A stretch of DNA of 64,000 nucleotides from assembly GCA_030390025.1 (NCBI GenBank), contig CM059431.1, positions 138,758,001 through 138,822,000 of the forward strand, written 5' to 3'. The translations under genes were made by a program, and so were the position numbers. Origin of the DNA: Squalus acanthias (Eukaryota). The notes below the pieces were generated by a model. It was not told where the DNA came from and ran no database searches. It saw only the letters and a program-made list of their open reading frames with translations. Below are positions 51,090-60,678 of this stretch, piece after piece. Each line of letters starts with the position of its first letter. The first letter of the stretch is position 1.

Positions 51090-51219
51090 GCTGGAAATAC
51101 TCAGCAGGTCAGGCAGCAACTGTGGAGGGAGAGAGAAACAGAGTTAATTCAGCTTGATGACCTTTCGTCAGATTCTGGCAAGGTTCTGACGAAAGGTCAT
51201 CGACCTGAAACGTTAACTC
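51090..51219. mobile_element. Penelope-type terminal fragment with inverted (head-to-head) repeat
   Basis: gagttaattcagcttgatgacctttcgtcaga (51141-51172) is a decayed reverse complement of tctgacgaaaggtcatcgacctgaaacgttaactc (51185-51219). Confidence 0.65.
51182..51218 (+). ncRNA. Minimal type-I hammerhead ribozyme motif
   Basis: GGUU-CUGACGA-A-AGGUC(AUC)GACCU-GAAA-CG-UU-AACU: intact core, 5-bp stem II, palindromic AACGUU stem III, stem I GGUU/AACU. Confidence 0.7.
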
Positions 51220-52603
51220 AGTGGTGGGGAAAGTTTCAGAAACAATAATCAAGGAAAAATTATTGGGCACTTAGAGAGGTTTAAGCTCATTAAGGAGAAC
51301 CAACACGGATTTGAAAAAGGCAGATCGTGTTTGATAAATCTATCTGAAATTTGTGATGAAGTAACAGAGAGGATTGATGAAGGGAATGCAATGGATGTTT
51401 ACTGCATGTATTTTCGGAAGGCGTTTGACAAAGTACCACTTAGAAGGGTAGTTAACAAAATTGAGGTTCATGGAATAGGTGTGTCAGTGGCAGCTTGGAT
51501 AATGAATTGGCTTAAGGACAGAAAACAGCGAGTTTTGGTGAATGCCTGTTTTTCAGACTGCAGTATGGTAGACAGTGGTGTTCTCCAAGGGTCGGTGATG
51601 GAGCCACTGCTTTTTTGATATATATAAATGACTTGGATATTGGAATACAGAGTAGAGTTTCTACATTTGCCGATGACACCAAATTTGGTGGCGTGGCTAA
51701 CAGTGAGGGTGCTATCAATCGACTGCAAAAGGATGTAGAAATGCTGGCAGAATGGGCGGACAAGTGGAAGATAGAATTTGATACAGAGACGTGTGAGGTG
51801 ATGCATTTTGGCAGAAGGAACAAGGAGAAGCAATATACACGGAATGGCACAGTTTTGAAGAATGTGCAGGGACAGAGGGACCTAGGAGTTAACGTGCATA
51901 GTTCCATGAAGGTGTAAGATCTTATTGTGAGCGTGGTGAGCAAAGCATATGGAATCGTGTGCTTCATAAAAAGAGGTTTTGAGGGCAAAAGTAGAGAAGT
52001 TGTGCTGAACAGTTATGAAGCGCTGGTTAGGCCACAACTGGAGTATTGCGTCATGTTCTGAACACCACATTTGAGGAAGGATGTAAAGTCCTTTGAGAGG
52101 GCGCAGAGGAGATTTACCAGAATGGTTCCGGGGATGGGGGATCTTAGCTACAAGGACAGGTTGGAGAAGCTGCACTTGTTTTCATTAGAGCAAAGAAGGT
52201 TGAGGGGTGATTTGATAGAGGTGTACAAGATTATGAAGGGTTCGGATAGGCTAGACGGGGAAAGGCTGTTCCCACTAATTGGTGGTACAAGGACTAGGGG
52301 ACACAGATTTAAGGTTTTGGGCAAGGTATGCAGGGGGGATGTCAGGAAAAACATTTTTCCGCAGCGAGTGGTGAGTTCGTGGCATTCACTGCCGACGGAA
52401 GTGGTGGAGGCGGCGACACTCAATGTTTTCAAGGGAGACTGGATAAGTACTTGAGGGAAATAAACTTGCAGGGGATAGCGCGGGGGAATGGGACTGACTG
52501 AATTTCTCTACAGAGAGGCGGCACGGACTCGTTGGGCTGAATGCTCTCCAGCTGTGCCGTATGAGTCTATGAATATGACTCTATGACTCTATGACTCTAT
52601 GAA
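51220..52603 (+). mobile_element. CR1 3' half (different subfamily)
   Basis: FRKAFDKVP, TFADDTK and AQRRFTRMVPG motifs; (ctatgact)n tail at 52560-52600. Confidence 0.9.
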
Positions 52604-52629
52604 TCCTGCATCTAAATATTTTTTTCTTA

Positions 52630-55600
52630 TGTAGAGTAGGGTTATCATCAGAAATGTTAAAGTGTCGTAATGAACTGGAAAGTTAATGTATAGTCATCAA
52701 CAATAATGTTAGAATAGGGTTACCATCAAAAGTGCTAGAGTTTGCTGACCACCAGTAATGAGAGTGTAGACTCGCCATCGGTAATGTAACTGTACCATCA
52801 CCAAAAGTAATTTTAGACTAAGGTCACCACCAATGACATTACAATATAGTCACCAGAAGCAATGATAGAGAGGTGTCACTACCAGTAACGATACAGTATA
52901 GTCCTCACCAGTAGGATAACAACCAGCAATGCTAGAAGAAAGTCCTCAAAACTTATGTCAGTGTATGGCCATTACCATTAATGTTAGAGTCGGGGGATCA
53001 CCAGCAAATTTACAATAAGGCTACGACCAATTATGTTAGAGTAGGGTGACCACCAGTAATGTTAGATTAGAGTCACCACCAGTAATGGTAGACCAAAGTC
53101 ACCACCAGTAATGGTAGAGTAGAGTAACCATCAGTAATGTTGGAGTAGGGTCACCACCAGTAATGTTAGAGTAGCGTCACCACCAGTAATGCTATACTGG
53201 GGTCACCACCAGTAATGTTTCAGTAGAGTCACCAACTTTAATGTTAGAGTAGGGTCACCACCACTTATGTTAGAGTAGGGTCACCGCCAGTAATGTTAGA
53301 GTAGGGTCACCGACAGTAATGGTATACTTGGTTCATAACCAGTAATGTTTGAGTGGGGTCACTGCCAGTCATGTTTGATTAGAGTCACCACCAGTAATGT
53401 TAGAGTAGGGTCACCACCACTTATGATAGAGTAGGCTCACCACCACTTATGTTAGAGTAGGGTCACCGCCAATAATGTTAGAGTAGGGTCACCGCCAGTA
53501 ATGTTATACTTGGTTCATAAACAGTAATGTTAGAGTAGGGTCCCCGCCAGTAATGTTAGACTGGCGTCACCACCAGTAATGTTATAGTTGGTTCACCTCC
53601 AGTAACGTTACAGTAGGGTCACCGCCAGTAATGTTAGAGTAGGGTCACCGCCAGTAATGTTATACTTGGTTCATAAACAGTAATGTTAGAGTAGGGTCCC
53701 CGCCAGTAATGTTAGACTGGCGTCACCACCAGTAATATTATAGTTGGTTCACCTCCAGTAACGTTACAGTAGGGTCACCACCAGTAATGTTAGAGTAGAG
53801 TCACAACCAGTAATGTTAGCTTAGAGTCACCACCAGCAATGTTACAGTAGATTCAACACCAGTAATGTTAGAGTAGGGTCACCACCATTTATGTTAGAGT
53901 AGGGTCACCACCAGTATAATTACAGTAGAGTCGCCACCAATACTGTTACAGTAGGGTCACTACCAGTAAAGTTAGTGTACGGTCACCCCCATTACAGTTA
54001 TATGTTGCTCCACCTGCAGTAATGTTAGAGCAGGGTCACCACCAGTAATTTTAGAGTAGAGTCACGACCATTAATGTTAGAGTAGGGTCTTCACCATTAA
54101 TGTCGGAGTAGAGTCACCACCAGTAATGTTAGATTAGGGTCACCATCAGTAATATTAGCGTAGGGTCACCACCAGTAATGTTAGAGTAGGGTCACCCCCA
54201 GTAATAGTAGCATAGGGTCACCACCAGTAAAGTTTGAGTAGGGTCACCACCAGTAATGTTAGAGTCGGGTGACCAACAGTAATTTTAGAGTAGTGTCACA
54301 ACCAGTAATTTTAGAGTAGGGTCACCACTAGTAATGTTAGTGTAGGGCCACCGCCAGTAATGTTAGGATAGGGTCACCACCAGTATTGTAAGAGTAAAGT
54401 CACCAACAATAATGTTAGAGCAGAGTCACTACCAGTAATGTTACAGTATAGTGACTACCATTAATGTTAGGGTATGGTCACCACCAGTAATTTCAGAATA
54501 GAGTCAACTCCAGTAATGTTAGCGTAGGTTCGACACCAGTAATGTTAGAGTAGGGTCACCACCAGTAATGTTAGAGTAGGGCCAAGGCCAATAATGTTAG
54601 AGTAGGGTCATTACCAAAGTCAGCACTATTAATGTTAGAGTAGGGCCACCGCCAGTAATGTTAGAGTAGAGTCACCACCAGTAAAATGTGAGTAGATTCA
54701 CCACCAGTAATGTTACAGTAGGGTCACTACCAATAAAGTTCGGGTACGATCAACACCAGTACCGTTAGAGTTGGTTCACCTCCAGTAACGTTAGAGTACG
54801 GTCACCACCATTAATGTTAGAGTAGGGTCTCCACCAGCAATGTTAAAGTAGAGTCACCACCATTAATTTCAGATTAGGGTCACCACCAGTAATGTTAGAG
54901 TACAGTCACCTCCAGTAGTGTTAGAATAGTGTCACCACCAGTAATGTTTGTGTAGGGTCACCATCAGTAATGTTAGAGTAGAGTGACCACCAGTAATGTT
55001 AGAGTAGGGTCACTGTAAGTAATGTTAGTGTAGCGGCAGCAGCAGTAATGTAAGAGAAGAGTCAACACAATAATTTTAAAGTAGGGCCACCGCCAGTAAT
55101 GTTAGAGTACAGTCACCTTCAGTAATGTTACAGTAGAGTCACCACCATTAATGTTAAAGTAGAGGCACCACCAGTAATGTTAGAGTAGAGTCACCACCAT
55201 TAATGCTAAAGTAGGGTCACCATCAGTAATTTCAGAGTAGAATCACCTCCAGTAATGATAGAGTAAAGTCACTGCCAGTAATGTTAAAGTATGGGCACCA
55301 ACAGTAATGTCAGAGAAGAGTCACCACCATTAATGTTAAAGTAGGGCAACCGCCAGTAATGTTAGAATAGTGTCACCACCAGTAATGTTAGAGTAGAATG
55401 ACCACCAGTAATGTTAGAGTAGGGTCACTGTATGGTCACCACCAGTAATGTTAGAGTAGAGTCACCACTAGTAATGTTGCATAGGGACACAACCAGTAAT
55501 GTTAGATTAGAGTCACCACTATTAATGTTAGTGTAGGGCCACTGCCATTATGTTTGAGTAGAGTCACCACCAGTATAATTAGAGTAGAGTCACCACCAGT

Positions 55601-56270
55601 AATGTTACAGTAGAGTCACTACCAGTAAAGTTATTGCACGGCCACCACCAGTATTGTTTGATTTGGTTCCCCAACAGTACTGTTAGAGTAGGGTGACCAC
55701 CAGTAATGTTAGAGTAGGGTGACCACCGGAAATGATAGAGTAGGGTTACCGCCATTAATTCTAGAGTAGGGTCACCACCAGTAATGTTGGAGAAGAGTCA
55801 CAACTATTAATGTTAGAGTAGTGCCACCGCCAGTAATGTTAGAGCAGAGTCACCACCAGTAATGTTAGAGTAGGGTCAGCACTAGTAATGTTAGAGTAGG
55901 GTCACCGTCAGTAATGTTTGAGTAGGGTTACCATCATTATGTTAGAGTAGAGTCAGCACCAGTAATGTTAGATTTGGGTTACCATCAGTAATGTTAGAAT
56001 ACGATTACCAGCAACAATGTCAGAGTGGGTCTTCGCCAGTATTTTTTGGTTGCGTTACCAGCGGTACTGTTAGAGTATAATCACCACCAGTAACGGTAGA
56101 ATATTATCACCACCATTAATGTCAGCGTAGCATCATCAAGATTAATATTAAAGTAGGGTAACCGCCAGCAATGTTAGAGAGGCGTCATCACTAGTGATGT
56201 TAGCGATGAATCATTGCCAGTAATGTTAGCGATGAATCATTGCCAGTAATATTAAAGTGGAGTCATCACT
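52630..56270. repeat. 26-bp minisatellite (~140 units), reverse orientation to 33537-34680
   Basis: Unit agtaatgttagagtagggtcaccacc, the reverse complement of the 33.5-kb unit; degenerate edges. Confidence 0.95.
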
Positions 56271-56644
56271 ACGTATCATTACAATAAAAAAACAAACTTA
56301 GGTTATGCAATGGATGAGTGAAGTTTTCACCGAATGAATTTGAGGCGTCAAGAGCCTAACGCAGAGTGCAGGAGGGATGTTCCATTCAGCGTTCAGGGTC
56401 CAAGCGCAGGGGACATTCCCTCTGGGATTACTTTCCATACAATTTCCCCATTGGCGGCCCGGCGCACTGAAGCGGAAAATCGCCCCTTGTTTGTTAAGTG
56501 ACTGTAACTAACGCCACTTATTGTGTAACATGGTTTTTTTCTGACCGGGGCACGGATTGTTCTATAAATGGGGAGTATTTGCCGAACTCAGTAACACTCC
56601 AGTCCGCACCGTAAAGCTGGACAGATTTCGCACATTTTTTAAAA

Positions 56645-59308
56645 ATGGAACTGCCAACAATTTTACAGATAAAGCAAATGTACTACCCAGTTCTCGCAAC
56701 CTTTGGGGCTCCCGGTAAGTCAATGTATTCTGTTCTCGAATAGCTGTTGTTTATCTTAGTGCTAATGTAACAGATTCCGAGCATGTCCTCATTGCAGAGT
56801 CATTGATCCACCGGGGTCAGTCGGTGAATATCAGCGGGAATCCGACCAGTCCGCGCGGCCGCTGAGGCCTGTTCTGGTCGCTCGATCGTGGCCACCGGAA
56901 GCTCAACCTTCCTCCCTATACTGAGGGAGGGCGAGGCTGATTCCCCGGCCCCTCCAACAGTACATAGATCACTAAAGAATGTGTTGCTTAGTGTCCATGA
57001 TAACGATTTTATCAGTACCGTTGTTCCCTGTCTACATTAAGTTGATAATTCCTTGTACTGCAGCCACCTCCACCCATCAGAGGACTGTGGAAGATATTTG
57101 GAGCAATAATTGCTGCTCAGGGAGCTGCTCCCCTCCCCTCGGCTGCAAAGAACCTGCGCGGCTCCACCAGCTCCCGCTCTGTTAACGAGCAGCTTCCTCG
57201 GGGCCATTATAAATAGAAAAAGCGCAGAGTTTCGACCTACAGCGAATGTTTGTGTTCCACCTGAATGTATTATTTGAATTCATATCTTTCCAGTAATTGT
57301 TTGTAAATTCTGTTGAATACAGCTGACATCTGATGCCGCTCCCGAGATCACCCTCGCCAATTAAACCGATGAGATTAAATGTAAAATTCCATCGATTGCT
57401 CCCTGGGGCCGCTGTAGTAACTCATCAAATTGGCTCGGTGCATCACATGGTCCCAGCCTCATGGTGGGATGTTTTCAGCGCTCCACACTGCAGTGGAATG
57501 TGTGTTTGTGTGTATGTAAGGCAATCCGCTTCTTTATTGGCTCGGTATATGAACAAGTTACAGAACCATCCAAGGTTGCCCTGTAGTGGACTTTAATCTG
57601 TAACTGTACCATTCCTGCGAGGTATTGCGGCTTGACCATAACCGCAGCGTTGAAGTGTGATTTTTTAAAATTCGTTTATGGGATGTGGTAAGGCCAGAAT
57701 TTATTGCCCATCCCTATTTGCCCTTGAGAAGGTGGTGCTAGCCGCCTTCTTGAACCTCTGCAGCCCGTGTGGTGAAGGTATTCCCTGAGTGCTGATAGGT
57801 AGGCAGTTCCAGGATTTTGACCCAGCGACAATGAAGGATCGGCGATATACTGAATGGAGCCTCAATGAATTCTAAACATAAGCTTTCAACATGAAACGTT
57901 AACTTTGTTTCCCTCTGCAAAGATGATTCATATCCTGCTGAGTATTTCCAGTATTTTCTGTTTTTATGCATGAATATAGTGTCAGTGGCGATAGCGATGG
58001 CGATTCATTCGGAAGAGATGGATCATGAACGGCTGATCCGAGATCCCCCGTTTCACACTGTCGCCCAAAGTAAAAATTCCCCTCCGTTGATCTATCATTG
58101 TCTGTCTGTCGGTGCTGTTGGGGGTCGCTATCCGATACCATTGCCGATACTGAATACGAGTGACCTTCCCAGCACCAACCTCCACCCACCGGCTTGACAC
58201 AGTCTGACTGAAGTGTGCTCGATATTGAGTGTTTAATGATTACTTTCGTTTGAAACATATATTGTCAACGCTCGCCTATATTATGAAAAGAATCCGGGTA
58301 CATAACCCTCAGTAGGAACACATCGGTTCATCTCCCCACAATACGCTGTAAGATTTAGCCGAGTTTCCCCATTACTTACTCTTGTTCCTCTTTCTTACAG
58401 CGAACTTATTGACAATGGTGATTCTCTCCAGAGGAAAATGCAGTCTTTCCAAATGTATCTCTGTCTACATGGTGGCCATGGCAACAGCAGATCTACTGGT
58501 CATGATCCTCAATGTAATCCTATATCACATTTTGAGTAAACACTTCCCATATTCATTCCTGTCCTACACTGCCGTTTGTAAGTTCATGATGTACATGTCT
58601 TGTACCAACCTGGATATGTCGGTGTGGTTTACCGTCTCCTTCACATTTGACCGATTTGTAGCTATATGTTGTCAGAAGTTTAAAACAAAGTATTGCACAG
58701 TGAGAACTGCGGCCTCGGTTATAACAACGGTCTCTGTCCTGAGCTATTCAGAGAACATCCCCTATTTGTTTGCCTTTGAACACAAACAAATAATCAACAA
58801 TGTTCCCTGGGGTTTCCGCCCCAGTGCGGCCTTTTATTCATCGCCTGCAGGTGTAGCCTACTTCCGCTTACAAAACATTTTAAACCCATATCTTCCTTTT
58901 GTTTTGATATTACTGTTTAATTGTTTGACAGTCAGGCGTATTTTAGCTGCCAGTAGAGCCCGCAGGGATCTCCGGGGTCACAGCAGTGAGAATCAGAGCG
59001 ATCCAGAGATGGAGAACCGAAGGAAATCCATCATTTTACTGTTCACTGTATCGGGCAGTTTTGTATTGTTGTGGCTGACAGCTGCCGTGAGTTTTGTATT
59101 TAACTCCCTGGCCGTGCATCACCGATCCGATTATACAGACCCTGCATACATCGCCACTGAAACCGGATATCTACTCATGTATTTGAGTTCCTGTACAAAC
59201 ACGTGTATTTATGCAGCTACACAAACTAAATTCAGGGAAGAGCTGAAGAAGGTGGTGAAATCTCCTTGGACATTTATTCGGATGTTGATTAAAAAAATGA
59301 AAAATTAA
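56645..59308 (+). CDS. Class-A GPCR, GPR139/GPR142-like orphan receptor, 2 exons (56645-56714, 58401-59308), 325 aa
   Basis: Exon 1 MELPTILQIKQMYYPVLATFGAP ends G|gtaagt. Acceptor cttacag|CG gives ANLLTMVILSRG. Same phase-1 intron and motifs as the paralogue; spliced ORF intact. Confidence 0.9.
57660..57968. mobile_element. Intronic insertions: LINE 3' end (minus, ~57660-57850) and Penelope-type end fragment (plus, ~57885-57968)
   Basis: Homology to 29500-29690 (reverse complement) and to 51090-51219/28232-28355 (gaaacgttaac..cctgctgagtatttccag). Absent from the paralogue's intron. Confidence 0.65.
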
Positions 59309-59471
59309 ACTAAAGCTTCCTTTAACTGGAGTAATATTACAGCCCGTGTTCCATTTTAGAATGGCCGTCTTACCGTTCGGACGAAATCCGATTGTTGCTG
59401 TTAAAATGAACAGGTATCAGAAAACCTTTCTTCCTTTTTGTGCCGTGTGTTTTGTGTCTGCTGCTTTCCCT

Positions 59472-59795
59472 GGGTCAGCCGTGGCTCAGCTGGTAGCAAC
59501 CTCGTGGGAAGTTTGTAGCTTCAAGTCCCGCTCCAGAGACTCAATAACTTACCATAATCTAGGCTGACACACCAGGCTGAGGGAGTGCTGCACTGTCGGA
59601 GGTGCCCTCTTTCGATGAGACGTTAAATCGAGACTCCGTCTGGCCTCTCAGGTGGACGTAAAAGATCATTTGCAATATTTCGAAGAGGAGCAGGGTGTAA
59701 TCCGGGGTGTCCCAGCCAATATTTATCCCTCAATCAACAGCACTAAAAAACTAATTATCTGGTCATTATTACATTGCTGTTTGTGGGGGCTTCGT
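59472..59795 (+). mobile_element. tRNA-derived DeuSINE (SacSINE1/AmnSINE1-related), 3' truncated
   Basis: A-box-like tggctcagctgg and B-box-like cttcaagtccc, followed by the Deu-domain-like core gctgcactgtcggaggtgccctctttcgatgagacgttaaatcgag. Confidence 0.75.
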
Positions 59796-60678
59796 GTGCG
59801 TAAACCATGTGTGCGGGAGGTGTATTCAGCTGCAGCTACTGACAGACCGCATTGCGGCGCTGGAGCTGCGGATGGATGCATACTGCAGCATTCGCGATGC
59901 TGAGGAGATCGTGGATAGCACGTTTAAGGAGTTGGTCACACCGCAGGTAAAGGGTGTACAGGCAGGAAGGGAATCGGTGACCACCAGGCAGAGTAATAGG
60001 CGTAGGCAGGTAGTGCAGGGGTCCCCTGTGGCCATCCCCCTCTCAAACAGATATACTGCTTTGGATATTGTTGAGGGAGATGGCTTATCAGGGGAAGACA
60101 GCAGCAGCCAACTTCCTAGCACCGTAGGTGGTTCTGCTGCACAGGATGTGAGTAAAAAGAGTGGGAGAGCTATAGTGATAGGGGATTCTATTGTAAGCGG
60201 AATAGATAGGCGTTTCTGCGGCCGCAAACGAGACTCCAGGATGGTATGTTGCCTCCCTGGTGCAAGGCTCAATGTTGTCTCAGAGTGGCTACAGCGCATT
60301 TTGGAAGGAGAGGGTGAACAGCCAGTTTTCGTTGTGCATATAGGTACCAACGATATAGTTAAAAAACGGGATGAGGTCCTAAAAGCAGAATATAGGGAGT
60401 TAGGAGGTAAATTAAAAAATAGGACCTCTAAGGTAGTAATTTCAGGATTGCTACCAGTGCCACGTGCTAGTCAGAGTAGAAATAGAAGGATATTTCAAAT
60501 GAATACGTGGCTAGAGGAATGGTGCAAGGGGGAGGGATTCAAATTCCTGGGGCATTGGAACCGGTTCTGGGGGAGGTGGGACCAGTACAAACCGGACGGT
60601 CTACACCTGGGCAGGGCCAGGACCGATGTCCTAGGGGGAGTGCATGCTGCTTGTGCTCTGGGGGAGGGTTTAAACTAA
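59794..60678 (+). CDS. CR1 ORF1 with SGNH/GDSL esterase domain (N-terminus truncated)
   Basis: Partial zinc finger CGRC plus coiled coil, then GDS, PGA, HIGTND and DGLH blocks. Confidence 0.85.
   Translation: MCVNHVCGRCIQLQLLTDRIAALELRMDAYCSIRDAEEIVDSTFKELVTPQVKGVQAGRESVTTRQSNRRRQVVQGSPVAIPLSNRYTALDIVEGDGLSGEDSSSQLPSTVGGSAAQDVSKKSGRAIVIGDSIVSGIDRRFCGRKRDSRMVCCLPGARLNVVSEWLQRILEGEGEQPVFVVHIGTNDIVKKRDEVLKAEYRELGGKLKNRTSKVVISGLLPVPRASQSRNRRIFQMNTWLEEWCKGEGFKFLGHWNRFWGRWDQYKPDGLHLGRARTDVLGGVHAACALGEGLN

Noticed and set aside
31383..59308. Assigning the symbol GPR139 to the receptor genes
   Set aside because: Only family-level resemblance; orthology cannot be established without a phylogeny.
59472..59545. 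tRNA gene
   Set aside because: The A/B boxes belong to a SINE head; no complete cloverleaf.
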